Assembly: GCA_036556145.1 (NCBI GenBank)
Contig: DATBKB010000095.1
Coordinates: forward strand, 809 to 64,808
Length of the DNA stretch: 64,000 nt
Source: Candidatus Limnocylindrales bacterium
GTDB taxonomy: Bacteria; Chloroflexota; Limnocylindria; Limnocylindrales; CSP1-4
Direction of reading: 5' to 3'
Shown here piece after piece: positions 36,143 to 45,920 of the stretch (its first letter is position 1; the number at the start of each line of letters is the position of its first letter). Under the pieces are notes generated by a model. That model made no database searches and was not told the DNA's origin. It worked only from the letters and a program-made list of their open reading frames with translations. Both the position numbers and the translations under genes were made by a program.

Positions 36143-36901
36143 CTGCGCGCGTTTCTCGACCTCCATTGCCATACGCGGGCGAGCTTCGACTGCCTCGCGG
36201 CCCCCGAAGCGGTCGTCCGCGCGGCGGCCGCGCGCGGCCTGACCCACCTCGCGATCACCGACCACGACCGGATCGACGGCGCGCTGGCCGGGCGCGAGGC
36301 GGCGGCTCGTCTCGCGGCCGCGGGCGGCCCTGAGCTCGAAGTGCTGGTCGGTGAGGAGATCCGGACCGCGGACGGCGACCTGATCGGCGTGTTCCTCGAG
36401 CGCCCCGTGCCGCCGGGCCTGAACGCCGCCGAGACGGCCGCCGCGATCCGGGAGCAGGGTGGCCTCGTCGGACTGCCCCACCCCTTCGACCGCTTCCGGG
36501 GCACGCTGGGACGACGCGCCGGCACGGACGCCGCGGCCGGCGGCATGGCGGCGATCGCGGCCGAGGTCGACTGGATCGAGGCCTGGAACGCCCGGCTCGT
36601 CGGCCGCGGCAACGAGCGGGCCGCCGAGCTCGCGCTCGAGCACGGCCGGCCGGGCGTCGCCGTCTCCGACGCTCATTCGGTCATCGAGGTCGGCGTCGCG
36701 TACTCGGTCGTCGACGGCGACCCGTCCACGCCGGCCGGCCTGCGGGCGGCGCTCGGGTCGGTGTCGCTCGTGACCGGGCGGGCGTCGTACGCGGTTCGGG
36801 CGATCACCCCGGTCGCGAAGCTCGTCCAGCGGGCGCGTGGCAATCGTCGGGTCGCCGCCGATCCCGCACCGGCCTCGCCGGCCCGGGCGCCGCGCTCGTG
36901 A
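36143..36901 (+). CDS. PHP-domain metal-dependent phosphoesterase
   Basis: N-terminal PHP motif FLDLHCHTRASFDCLAAP...LAITDHDRIDG and downstream His residues. No ATG/GTG start in frame after the mreB stop; CTG at 36143 used as a placeholder, so the start is uncertain. Confidence 0.5.
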   Translation: MRAFLDLHCHTRASFDCLAAPEAVVRAAAARGLTHLAITDHDRIDGALAGREAAARLAAAGGPELEVLVGEEIRTADGDLIGVFLERPVPPGLNAAETAAAIREQGGLVGLPHPFDRFRGTLGRRAGTDAAAGGMAAIAAEVDWIEAWNARLVGRGNERAAELALEHGRPGVAVSDAHSVIEVGVAYSVVDGDPSTPAGLRAALGSVSLVTGRASYAVRAITPVAKLVQRARGNRRVAADPAPASPARAPRS

Positions 36902-37983
36902 CGACCGTGCCGCCGGACGAGGCGCCCCGACCGGCAGAGACTGAACGCGAGGTCTCGCCGGACGAGCTCGCCATTGGCCGGCGCCTCCGCCAGCCGCGGA
37001 CGATCATCGGGCTGGCCTTGCCCATCGCGGCCATCGCCGTGTTCGCCTGGCTCAATCGGGACCAGCTCGCCCGCGTCCCGGGACTCATCCTCCAGGTCAA
37101 CCCGCTTCTCGTCCTCGCCGCGTTCGCCGTGTTCTACGCCGGCTTCCCGCTGCGCGGCCTGCGCTGGGCGCTCCTCATCCGCGCGACGGGCTTCCGCCTG
37201 GGGACCCGCGACGCGACCGAGATCATCTTCCTGTCCTGGCTCATCAACTGCCTCGTTCCGGCCAAGCTCGGCGACCTGTACCGGGCGTGGCTGCTGAAGA
37301 TCAACAGCACGGTGTCGCTGAGCCGGACGTTCGGAACCGTCTTCATCGAGCGGATCCTCGACCTCTTCGCGATCGTCGTGCTCGGGCTGGCGGCCGGGTT
37401 CTGGAGCTTCCGGACCGGGATGTCGACCGAGATCCAGACGGTCTTCGGCATCGGCGTCGTCGTCGTCGTCCTGCTCGCCCTGGGGCTCCTGACGCTTCGC
37501 AACTTCGGCCGGCGGATCCTCGTCGCCCTGCCGATCCCGCACCGCATCGTCGAGTACTACGACCGGTTCGAGGAGGGCGTGTTCGGTGCGGTCGGCCTGC
37601 GCCGACTCCCGCCGCTCGTCGTCCTGACCGGCCTGATCTGGGCGACCGAGGCGTTCCGGCTCTTCCTCGTCGTCGCCGCCTTCAACTTTCCCGACGTCAG
37701 CCTCGGGATCTCGGGGGCATTCTTCGTCGCGCTGATCGGTTCGCTGCTGACGGCCGTCCCGCTGAGCCCGGCCGGGCTCGGGATCGTCGAAGGCGCCGTC
37801 GTCTGGGTCCTCGTCAATGCCTACGGCGTGGCCCTGCCCGAGGCGACGGCCATCGCCCTCGTCGACCGGACGATCAGCGTCTTCTCGATCATCATCCTCG
37901 GCTCGATCGCCTATCTCGCCTCGCCGAAGCGCCGCGGGGCCGGCCTCAGCCGGCCGCCGGCGGAGGCAGCCGGAAGCGGCTAG
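36898..37983 (+). CDS. Lysylphosphatidylglycerol-synthase-TM-like (UPF0104) flippase-like membrane protein
   Basis: 8 predicted TM helices, LPG_synthase_TM-type pattern (LRGLRWALLIRATGFRLGTRDATEIIFLSWLINCLVPAKLGDLYRAW). Confidence 0.65.
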   Translation: MTTVPPDEAPRPAETEREVSPDELAIGRRLRQPRTIIGLALPIAAIAVFAWLNRDQLARVPGLILQVNPLLVLAAFAVFYAGFPLRGLRWALLIRATGFRLGTRDATEIIFLSWLINCLVPAKLGDLYRAWLLKINSTVSLSRTFGTVFIERILDLFAIVVLGLAAGFWSFRTGMSTEIQTVFGIGVVVVVLLALGLLTLRNFGRRILVALPIPHRIVEYYDRFEEGVFGAVGLRRLPPLVVLTGLIWATEAFRLFLVVAAFNFPDVSLGISGAFFVALIGSLLTAVPLSPAGLGIVEGAVVWVLVNAYGVALPEATAIALVDRTISVFSIIILGSIAYLASPKRRGAGLSRPPAEAAGSG

Positions 37984-38249
37984 CCTGTTGCCTGGCGGCA
38001 CCGCCCCGGAGCCCGGACAGGGGACGCATCCGGGCGGGGCCAACGGCCGTACTACCAATCGCCAGGGGGCCATCGGACCGCGGGTGGCACCGCACCGGCG
38101 CACACCCCACACGACCACCAGCGCCGGTCCCCGAGCGGTCCGAAGCCGGAAGTACGAACGGGTGATACGGCCCGATCGGGGGCCACGGGATCATCTCTCC
38201 AGCGCGCCGCCGCCTGCGGGCGCCCATCTGACGGAGCAAACGGGCAGAC

Positions 38250-38780
38250 ATGACGAGCCAGAACGGGCGAGCGTTCAACGAGTGGCTCCGCGCCCAGCTC
38301 AAGGCCAAGAAGATGTCGCAGCGGCAGCTGGCGCAGCAGTCGGGTGTTGACCACTCGACGATCTCGCGCCTCATTCGCGGCGACCGGATGCCCTCGCTCG
38401 GCACGGCCACGAAGCTGGCCCGCGGCCTCCGTGAGCTCCGCGACGACGCCGACACGCCGCAATACCTCGGCCTCGTGGCCGCGGGGGCGACGAACCCGAC
38501 GGCTCGCGTCGAGTACGCGCTCCGGGCGGACGAGCTCCTCAGCGAGCCCCAGGTCCGCCAGGTGATGGAGTACTACCTCGCCGTCCGGATGCGCCGCTTC
38601 GGCCGAGCGTTCCAGCCCGGCGACCCGTCGACCGAACGCGCCGTCGAGCGGCCCGCTCCGCGCCCGTCGCCCGCCGCGCCCATGGGCAGCGAGCCGGTCG
38701 TCGCCGGCGTCTCCACCGCCCCCCGCCTCGCCGTCCGGCCCGTGGGCCGGCCGGGCAGCCGACCGCCGGGGCGCTACTAG
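38250..38780 (+). CDS. XRE-family helix-turn-helix transcriptional regulator
   Basis: HTH_XRE (LKAKKMSQRQLAQQSGVDHSTISRLIRGDRMPSLGTATKLARGL) with an extended Pro/Ala-rich C-terminus. Confidence 0.6.
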   Translation: MTSQNGRAFNEWLRAQLKAKKMSQRQLAQQSGVDHSTISRLIRGDRMPSLGTATKLARGLRELRDDADTPQYLGLVAAGATNPTARVEYALRADELLSEPQVRQVMEYYLAVRMRRFGRAFQPGDPSTERAVERPAPRPSPAAPMGSEPVVAGVSTAPRLAVRPVGRPGSRPPGRY

Positions 38781-38888
38781 CACACTCCAGGGCACGACCC
38801 GGATGACCTCCACGTCCGGGTCACGGGGACAGCGAACGCCGGCCTCCGGGCCGGCGTTCGCGATTCCTGGCTCCTCGGGCCGTCGCCC

Positions 38889-40457
38889 TCAGGGCGCCAC
38901 CGCGGCCACCGGGGCGTAGATCGAGAGGACCGTCCGGGACGAGGCATCGAACCGGGCCTCGAGGCTCCACGAGCCGTCGAGCGAGGCCACGCGGCGGTCC
39001 TCGGCGGTGCCGCCACACGGGCCCGAGAAAGCCTCGAGGAGCCGATCGCAGGCGATAACGACGACGTGGTCGCGGGGCGACCGGGCGTCGTCCGGTGGCC
39101 GGCCGAGGCGACCCAGCGGGAACGCATAGGCGTCCGTCGACTTGATCGCCGGCTCGCCGAGGAGGACGTACGGCCGGCCTCCGAGCGCCTGGAGGAGCTG
39201 GGCGGCGGCCCGCTCGGCGCCGGGATAGCCGCCGTCCGAAGCGACGCGCGGCGGCCAGATCGCGACGTTGACCGCGACGATGCCGGCGACCGCCGCCGTG
39301 ACCGCCACCCGGGCCACTCGGACCGAGCGTCGGCGCGCCCGCCAGACGGCGCCGGCGGCGAGCCCGACGATGACGAAGACGACCGGGTCGAGGAACGCGT
39401 GGTAGTGGTCGTTCGGAAGACCGGGCACGACCCGCGCGAGGCTCGACGACACGATCGCGATTGACGTCGCACCCCAGGCGAGCGTCGCGGCCAGCCAGCG
39501 GACCGCCGTCCGCTCGCTGCCCCGGGCTGCGACGAGCCGCCAGCCGAGGGCGGCGAGCACCATCGTCGCGGCGACGACGGCGACCTGCGGCCGGTCGGTG
39601 GCGAGCCCGGCGAGTGGCCACGACAGGACCCGGAGCCAGACGATCGCGATCCGGACCGGCAGTGGCCCGGCGTCGTCGTCGACGTCCGACCGGATGAACT
39701 CGATGAGCGCCCGCGACTCCGGGAAGCCCAGGCCGATCTCGTGGGCGAGGAGCGGGAGGTAGCTCGCGGCGATGATCGCCGCGCCCGCCAGGCCCGCAGC
39801 CAGCACGCGCGCCCGTCCCTCGCCCGGGTCGCAGCGGCCGGCATCGACGAACAGCAGCCCGGCCAGGGGGAGGAGCTGCACGGCGCCCAGGACGTGGCAA
39901 TGCATCGTGACGGCCTGGGCGACGGCGGCGAGGAGCCACCAGCGCGCATGGCGTGTCGTCCATGCCCGCCACGCCGCGGCGAGCGCGGCGGCGCTCGACA
40001 GCGCGATGAGGTTCGGGTTCCAGATGAAGGTCGACTCCTCGATCGCGCTTGCCGAGACGGCCATGAGCCCGGCCGCCACGAGGCCGGCAACCGCGCCGGC
40101 CCCCGGCGCCGCCATCGCCCGGCCCAGCCACCAGACCACGGCGACGGCGACGACCCCGGCCGCGGCGATGGCCGCCACGACCGCGAGCGGGTTCGCTCCC
40201 GACACGGCCGCGAACGGGGCGAGGAGGTAGTAGTAGAGGGCGCCGTGGTGGAAGCCGCCGACGGATGTCGGCGGCCCCACCAGCGGGACCGTGCCGTCGC
40301 GAACGAGGGCCTGGAGCACCAGCATGTCGTGGCCCTGGTCCGCGTCCCACGTCCCGCGCGTGGCGAGGTCGACGAACCGGACCGCGATGGCGGCGACGAG
40401 GAGGCCGACGAGGCCGAGCCACTCGCGGCGAGTGACCGGGGCGTGCTCGGCCGTCAC
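38889..40457 (-). CDS. GT-C fold membrane glycosyltransferase, PMT_2/ArnT-like (GT39/GT83 family), copy 1
   Basis: ~520 aa polytopic protein; N-terminal loop with acidic motif (TRGTWDADQGHDMLVLQALVRDG) and YYY-type pattern typical of ArnT/Pmt-like enzymes. GTG start 8 nt after the nfo stop; the six-frame ORF extending to 41537 is a different-frame overlap with nfo. Confidence 0.7.
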   Translation of the reverse strand: MTAEHAPVTRREWLGLVGLLVAAIAVRFVDLATRGTWDADQGHDMLVLQALVRDGTVPLVGPPTSVGGFHHGALYYYLLAPFAAVSGANPLAVVAAIAAAGVVAVAVVWWLGRAMAAPGAGAVAGLVAAGLMAVSASAIEESTFIWNPNLIALSSAAALAAAWRAWTTRHARWWLLAAVAQAVTMHCHVLGAVQLLPLAGLLFVDAGRCDPGEGRARVLAAGLAGAAIIAASYLPLLAHEIGLGFPESRALIEFIRSDVDDDAGPLPVRIAIVWLRVLSWPLAGLATDRPQVAVVAATMVLAALGWRLVAARGSERTAVRWLAATLAWGATSIAIVSSSLARVVPGLPNDHYHAFLDPVVFVIVGLAAGAVWRARRRSVRVARVAVTAAVAGIVAVNVAIWPPRVASDGGYPGAERAAAQLLQALGGRPYVLLGEPAIKSTDAYAFPLGRLGRPPDDARSPRDHVVVIACDRLLEAFSGPCGGTAEDRRVASLDGSWSLEARFDASSRTVLSIYAPVAAVAP

Positions 40458-40465
40458 GTCCGGGG

Positions 40466-41425
40466 TCAGACCGGCTCGGGCTCGGAGGGCATGCCGGCGC
40501 GCCCGCCGCGGAGATGGAGCGCCTCGGGCGGCAGCGGCTCGACGGACTCGCCGCGAGCCAGGGCCCGGGCCCGCGCGACGTTGACCGCGTCGTAGCCCTC
40601 GTCCATGCCGGGCGTCTCGACGACGTACGGGACGTCGCCCAGCCGCGGGTGGCGAAGGATGTGACCCATGCCGATCTCGCCGATGGTCCCCGCGCCGACG
40701 TGCTGGTGACGGTCGAGGCGCGACCCGGACTCGGACTTCGAGTCGTTGAGGTGGATGAGCCGCAGCCGCTCGAGGCCGATGAGCCGGTCGAAGCTCTCGA
40801 GCACGGCATCGACCTCGTCCGGCTCGGAGATCCGGTAGCCCGCGGACCAGAGGTGAGCCGTGTCGAGGCAGAAGCCGACTCGCTCGTCGGCGATGCCGCG
40901 CCGCCCGACGGCATCGGCGATCGCGGCGAGATCCTCGACCGTCGCGCCGACCGCGAACCCGCCCCCGGCGGAGTTCTCGAGCAGCAGCGTGGCGGCGTTC
41001 GGACCCGGCGGCACCTCGGCCAGGACGGCCGCGACACCGTCGGCGAGACGCTCGATCCCCGCCCGGCTGCCCGCCTGGCGGTGCGAACCGGTGTGGACGT
41101 TGACGAGCCGCGCGCCGAAGCCCGGCGCCGCGCGGAGCTCGGTCGCAAGGACATCGACCGACTTGGCGAAGAACGCCGGGTCCGGGCCGGCGAGGTTGAC
41201 GAGGTACGCCGCGTGGATCGAGACGGGGTCGATCCCGTGGGCCGCGATCCGCTCGCGGAAGGCCGCCTGCTCCGCGGACGGCTCGTTGCGTCGCTTCCAT
41301 GCCGTCGGGTTGTCGCCGAAGATCTGGAGCGCCGCGGCACCGATCTCGGCCGCCCGGTCGGCCGCCTTCACCAGCCCGTGGGCCTGCGGCAGGTGGGCGC
41401 CGATGCGGCGTCGGTCGGGGAGCAT
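40466..41425 (-). CDS. nfo: Endonuclease IV (AP endonuclease family 2)
   Basis: TIM-barrel Nfo motifs (GAHLPQAHGL, VHTGSH, HLNDSK, DRHQHVGAGTIG); start ATG at 41425 (MLPDRRRIGAHLP). Confidence 0.85.
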   Translation of the reverse strand: MLPDRRRIGAHLPQAHGLVKAADRAAEIGAAALQIFGDNPTAWKRRNEPSAEQAAFRERIAAHGIDPVSIHAAYLVNLAGPDPAFFAKSVDVLATELRAAPGFGARLVNVHTGSHRQAGSRAGIERLADGVAAVLAEVPPGPNAATLLLENSAGGGFAVGATVEDLAAIADAVGRRGIADERVGFCLDTAHLWSAGYRISEPDEVDAVLESFDRLIGLERLRLIHLNDSKSESGSRLDRHQHVGAGTIGEIGMGHILRHPRLGDVPYVVETPGMDEGYDAVNVARARALARGESVEPLPPEALHLRGGRAGMPSEPEPV

Positions 41426-41500
41426 CCGGGCAATGGTAGCGAGGCGCTCCGGCGGCTCGCGGGGTTTGACGCGCCGGCGAAGCGTCGGCACGCTGGCCGG

Positions 41501-42136
41501 ATGAGCGACGCGCCGGAACCCGCACGCGACCCCACACTCGACCCCGACCTGCTGCCCGCGCTCAAGGCCCTCACCGATCCGATCCGGCTGCGGATCCTCG
41601 GCCGCCTCGCGGCGGGCCCAACCGCGCCCGGCTCGCTCGCGGCGGAGCTCGAGCTGCCGCTGGCTGCGGTCATCAAGGCGGTCGGCCTGTTGCGCGGAGT
41701 CGAACTCGTCCGGGCGGGCCGCGGCCGGGACGCCGCGGTCGAGCTGCGCCTCGACACGCTCCAGGCGCTCGGCCGCCATCTCGACGTCGTCGAGCACGGT
41801 CCGGCGCGGTCCACGGCGGCTGGCGAGGACGGCGAGGTCGCTCGGGAGGACGCGAAGATCCTGCGCGCGTTCCTCGAGGACGGCCGGCTCACGTCCATCC
41901 CGGCGCAGGAGAAGAAGCGGCTGGTCATCCTGCGCTGGCTCCGCGACCAGGTGTTCACCGAGGATCGCGAGTACCCGGAGAAGGAGGTCAACCAGCGCCT
42001 GGCCTTGTTCCACCCGGACGTCGCGGCCCTGCGGCGGTACATGGTCGACAACGGACTCGCGACGCGGGCCGCCGGGGTCTACCGGCGCGCCGAGTCGCGC
42101 CCAGGCTCGGCGAGCGAGAGCTCGGAGCCGAGCTAG
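41501..42136 (+). CDS. ArsR-type HTH / DUF2087 domain transcriptional regulator
   Basis: N-terminal winged HTH (LKALTDPIRLRILGRLAAGP) and C-terminal DUF2087-like region (LRWLRDQVFTEDREYPEKEVNQRLALFHPDVAALRRYMVDNGL); divergent from nfo. Confidence 0.6.
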   Translation: MSDAPEPARDPTLDPDLLPALKALTDPIRLRILGRLAAGPTAPGSLAAELELPLAAVIKAVGLLRGVELVRAGRGRDAAVELRLDTLQALGRHLDVVEHGPARSTAAGEDGEVAREDAKILRAFLEDGRLTSIPAQEKKRLVILRWLRDQVFTEDREYPEKEVNQRLALFHPDVAALRRYMVDNGLATRAAGVYRRAESRPGSASESSEPS

Positions 42137-42717
42137 CGGCGCCCGCCCCGGCCGGGCGTGTACTCGCCGCCGATCACCGGCTCGATGAGCCCGAAGTCAC
42201 CATCGTCACGGCGGTACAGGACGCCGACGCGCTCGGTCTCGGCGTTGACGAACACGAAGAACTCGTGACCGAGCTCCTCCATCCGGGCGATGGCGTCCTC
42301 CTCGAACATTGGCTCGATCGCGAAGCGCTTGACCTTGACGATGCGGCGATCGCGGTCCGGCTCGGCCGTGCCGTCGGCGATGCGGCGGAGCAGGGCCTTC
42401 TCCTCGACCGGACGAGCCCGGACGCGGGGCTTCTCCTTGAAGTCGACCGCCCGCCGCTCGATCTTGTCGACGACCGTGTCGATGCCGGCCTCGTGGCTCA
42501 CGCCGGCCGCGTGGCCGCGGAGCGTCTGGCCGTCGATGACGAGCGTGACCTCCACGATGTGGGAGTCGTCGGCGCTGCGATGCTGCTCGACGGAGAGCTC
42601 GACGATCGCATCGCTGCGGTCGTCGAGGATGCGTTCCATCCGTCGCAGGCGCTTCTCGGCGTATCGTCTGACCCGGTCGGGGACGGCGATGTTCTTGCCC
42701 TTGACGATCGTCCGCAC
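42133..42717 (-). CDS. hpf: Ribosome hibernation-promoting factor, long form
   Basis: S30AE N-domain (IVKGKNIAVPDRVRRYAEKRLRRMER) plus C-terminal dimerisation domain. GGGAGG Shine-Dalgarno 5 nt upstream of GTG at 42717; the 423-aa ORF upstream is unsupported extension. Confidence 0.85.
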   Translation of the reverse strand: MRTIVKGKNIAVPDRVRRYAEKRLRRMERILDDRSDAIVELSVEQHRSADDSHIVEVTLVIDGQTLRGHAAGVSHEAGIDTVVDKIERRAVDFKEKPRVRARPVEEKALLRRIADGTAEPDRDRRIVKVKRFAIEPMFEEDAIARMEELGHEFFVFVNAETERVGVLYRRDDGDFGLIEPVIGGEYTPGRGGRR

Positions 42718-42776
42718 GACCACCTCCCGGCGTCCGAGTATAGGCCGCTCCGGGGTTCGCTCAGCGGCGTCCGGCG

Positions 42777-43460
42777 TCACCGCTCCCGGGCGACAGCGAC
42801 CGCCGACACGGCCATGGCGCCGGCCTCGAGCAGCGGCTCGGCACAGGCGGCGAGCGTTGCACCGGTCGTGATGACGTCGTCGACGAGCACGACCCAGCGG
42901 CCGCGGAGCCAGGCATTCGCGTCCCGGCGTCCCGACCTGAGCCGGAACGCACCGCGGACGTTCGTCGCCCGTGTCCGGCGGTCGAGGTCGAACTGGGCGG
43001 TCGTCGCCCGGGTCCGCTCGAGGGCGAGGTCGGCCGGCAGCCGCAGCTCGCGCGCCGTCGCCGACGCGATGAGCTCCGCCTGGTCGTAGCCACGCGCGCG
43101 CCGCCGGTCCGCGTGGACCGGCACCGGCACGATGACGTCCCCACCGGCGGCGGCACGGGCCCAGCGCCGCGCAACGGCCGCCCCAAGGGGCTCGGCCAGG
43201 CGGCGCTCGCCGCCGTACTTCAGCTGGTGAAGCGCCTTGCGCACGACGCCGCCGAACGGCGCGCACCACTCGAGCTGGAGCAGCGGCACGGGGATCGTCG
43301 CCGGCAGGCCGATCGGCACGCCCGGGGGCAGCGTGAGCCGGGCGTCGAGCGCGGGCGCGCACGACGAGCAGATCGGCTCGCCTTCGCGCCCGCAACCGGG
43401 ACACGCCGGCGGCAACGCCAGGTCGAGGAGGCGGCCCGCGAGCGGTCGGAGGAGCGCCAC
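42777..43460 (-). CDS. comF: ComF family protein (ComFC-like phosphoribosyltransferase with N-terminal zinc ribbon)
   Basis: CPGCG...CSSC zinc finger and PRTase motif VVLVDDVITTGATL; conserved comFC-hpf linkage. Start GTG 43460 (uncertain). Confidence 0.65.
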   Translation of the reverse strand: MALLRPLAGRLLDLALPPACPGCGREGEPICSSCAPALDARLTLPPGVPIGLPATIPVPLLQLEWCAPFGGVVRKALHQLKYGGERRLAEPLGAAVARRWARAAAGGDVIVPVPVHADRRRARGYDQAELIASATARELRLPADLALERTRATTAQFDLDRRTRATNVRGAFRLRSGRRDANAWLRGRWVVLVDDVITTGATLAACAEPLLEAGAMAVSAVAVARER

Positions 43461-43546
43461 CGCGAGATCATCGCGACCGGCGCTTACCGCGCGGTTGCGA
43501 GCTCGAGCCCGCCCTCGCGTACTCGACCGCGCCGTGGCCCGGCCGG

Positions 43547-43933
43547 TCAGTCCGGCGACGAGCCCTCGAGCGCGATGACGTCGCCGACGGCCGTGCCGGT
43601 CGCGTCGATCGTGCCCGCCGGCAGCTCGAGGACGCCGTCGGCCGCGCGGACGAGCGGCACGATCCCGAGCCACGGCCGGAGCGAGCGGTGGACGGAGACG
43701 ACGTGGCGCGCGCCGCGATCGTCGGCCCGACCGACGAAGACCGCATCGATCGGGAAGCGCATGAACATCATGTGGATGCCGTTGCTGGCGGGCAGCCACA
43801 GGCCGGCGCCGTCGCCGAGCGCGGCCCGGCCCATGAGGCCCAGGAACTTCGCCCACAGCCCGGCCGCGGTCTCGAGGCGCGCCGCCAGGACCCGGTGCCG
43901 GGTGACGTTGCGGGCGACGGTCGGATAGGTCAC
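43547..43933 (-). CDS. DUF192 domain protein (COG1430)
   Basis: 128 aa; DUF192 pattern (GLWLPASNGIHMMFMRFPIDAVFV...VHRSLRPWLGIV). Confidence 0.6.
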   Translation of the reverse strand: MTYPTVARNVTRHRVLAARLETAAGLWAKFLGLMGRAALGDGAGLWLPASNGIHMMFMRFPIDAVFVGRADDRGARHVVSVHRSLRPWLGIVPLVRAADGVLELPAGTIDATGTAVGDVIALEGSSPD

Positions 43934-43958
43934 GACGGTCCCCCGGGGAGTGAGCGGC

Positions 43959-44885
43959 TCAGTTCCCCAGGTTCTGCATGATGAGGATCAGGGCCGGCCC
44001 GAGGATGACGATGAAGAGCGACGGGAAGATGCACCCGACGAGCGGGAAGAGCATCTTGATCGGCGCCTTCGCCGCCTGCTCCTCGGCACGCTGCCGGCGC
44101 TCGATTCGCAGCTGCTCCGACTGGACCTGGAGCACCTTCGAGATCGACACGCCGAGCTGCTCGGCCTGGATGATCGCACCGATGAAGTTCGTCAGCGCCG
44201 AGACGTCGGTGCGCGGGACGATGTCGCGGAGCGCGTCGCGGCGCGCCTTGCCGACACGGATCTCGGCCAGCGCCCGGCGGAACTCGTCGGTCAGCGGGCC
44301 CTTGAGCTTCTCGACGACCTTGCCGAGGGCGCCGTCGAAGCCGAGGCCGGCCCGGACGGAGATCGTCAGGAGGTCGAGCGCGTCGGGGATCTGGAGGAGG
44401 ATCGCCTTCTGGCGGGCCCGCACGCGGCCACCCAGCCAGAACTCCGGCAGCGTGTAGCCGAGGAGCAGGCCGACGCCACCCAGGCCGAGGCCCATCGTGA
44501 GGTTGCGGCCGAGCAGGCCGATCAGGACGAAGAAGATGCCGGCGCCGACGAGGGCGCCGATCGCCTTGATGCCCAGCCAGTCGCCGACGCGGAGGTTGCC
44601 CGGGTGGCCGGCGAGGGCGAGGCGCTTCTCGGTCCGCTCCGTGAACGACTGGCTCGTGACGCGGGCGACCGCGCCCGACAGCTGCATCGCCAGCGGGCGC
44701 AGCGTCCGCTCGAGGAACGGCTGCTGGAGCTCGAGCTCCTCGAGGTTCTTCGCCTGCATCGTGCCCAGCTGGGTCAGCCGGGCCTGAACCGGGTCGACCG
44801 ACGACGAGCCGGCGAGCCCGAGGAAGATCAGCAGGATCGCCAGCGCGGCGACCCCGGCAATGACGATCGGCAGGATTGCGGGCAT
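43959..44885 (-). CDS. tadC: Tad pilus platform protein TadC (type II secretion system F family)
   Basis: T2SSF domain (LPDALDLLTISVRAGLGFDGALGKV), 3 TM segments. Confidence 0.8.
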   Translation of the reverse strand: MPAILPIVIAGVAALAILLIFLGLAGSSSVDPVQARLTQLGTMQAKNLEELELQQPFLERTLRPLAMQLSGAVARVTSQSFTERTEKRLALAGHPGNLRVGDWLGIKAIGALVGAGIFFVLIGLLGRNLTMGLGLGGVGLLLGYTLPEFWLGGRVRARQKAILLQIPDALDLLTISVRAGLGFDGALGKVVEKLKGPLTDEFRRALAEIRVGKARRDALRDIVPRTDVSALTNFIGAIIQAEQLGVSISKVLQVQSEQLRIERRQRAEEQAAKAPIKMLFPLVGCIFPSLFIVILGPALILIMQNLGN

Positions 44886-44889
44886 CTGC

Positions 44890-45900
44890 TCAGACCTCGA
44901 TGTCGACGATCTTGCGGATGAGCATGAACCCGATGAACATCATGAACAGGCCGAAGGCCATGATGATGATCCCGGCCGGCAGGCCGAGGATCCCGGGCGG
45001 ATTCGCGAACATCGGGTCGAAGAACTTGGGGGCGGCGACGAAGATGAAGCCGGCGAGGCCGATCGGCAGGAAGCCGACGACGTAGCCCGACAGCCGCTGC
45101 TGCGCCGTCAGCGTGCGAATCTCGCCCTTGATCCGGATCCGCTCGCGGATCGTGTACGCGATGGAGTCGAGGATCTCGGCGAGGTTGCCACCGACGGTGT
45201 GCTGGATCGAGATCGCCGTCGCCATCAGCTCGAGGTCGTCCGACCGCACGCGGCGGACCATGTTCTCGAGCGCCTGCTCGAACGGCAGGCCGAGGTTGAC
45301 CTCACGGATGACGCGGCCGAACTCGGTCGAGACCGGCGGCCGCGACTCGCGGACGACGAGCTCGATCGCCTGGAGGAACGACGAGCCGGCGCGCAGCGCG
45401 TTGGCGATGAGGGTGATCGTGTCAGGCAGCTGCTTGTCGAACGCCCGGAGGCGTCCGCTCTTGCGCCGGGTGAGCCACATCCGCGGCATGATGAAGCCCA
45501 GGAGCGCGGCCACGAGCAGCGCGACCGGGCTGCGCAGCGCGGGCAGGCCCAGGGACAGCGCGACGAACAGCATCGGCGTGCCGACGATCGAGCCGGCCCA
45601 GATGCCGAGGAACTCGCTCACCTTGAGCTTGAGGTCGGCTCGCGCGATCTCCCGGGCGAGGTTCGCACCGAAGTCCCGCTGCTCGACGACCTTGTTGAGC
45701 TGGGTCAGCGCCGCGCTCTGGGCGAGGATGTCGGCCAGGCCGCCCTGACCCGCCGCGGCCGCCTTCTGGTCACGGCCGGCCGCGTAGCGCTCGAGGCGGG
45801 CGCTGATTCCCGAGCTGCCGCCGGACGTCGCGATTCCGACGGCGATCAGGACGATCGCCAGTGCGGCGACCCCCGCGATCGCAATCGTCATTCCGTCCAC
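44890..45900 (-). CDS. tadB: Tad pilus platform protein TadB (type II secretion system F family)
   Basis: T2SSF domain (LPDTITLIANALRAGSSFLQAIELVV), paralogous to tadC and adjacent to it. Confidence 0.8.
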   Translation of the reverse strand: MDGMTIAIAGVAALAIVLIAVGIATSGGSSGISARLERYAAGRDQKAAAAGQGGLADILAQSAALTQLNKVVEQRDFGANLAREIARADLKLKVSEFLGIWAGSIVGTPMLFVALSLGLPALRSPVALLVAALLGFIMPRMWLTRRKSGRLRAFDKQLPDTITLIANALRAGSSFLQAIELVVRESRPPVSTEFGRVIREVNLGLPFEQALENMVRRVRSDDLELMATAISIQHTVGGNLAEILDSIAYTIRERIRIKGEIRTLTAQQRLSGYVVGFLPIGLAGFIFVAAPKFFDPMFANPPGILGLPAGIIIMAFGLFMMFIGFMLIRKIVDIEV

Positions 45901-45920
45901 GAGCGCTTCCTCCTTCCGAC

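Noticed and set aside
38821-41537. Very long minus-strand ORFs (839 aa, 882 aa) spanning nfo and the GT39-like gene
   Set aside because: They are frame-shifted overlaps. The region resolves cleanly into nfo (40466-41425, start MLPDRRR) and a ~520-aa GT-C protein (38889-40457); the N-terminal Arg/Pro/Gly-rich extensions have no support.
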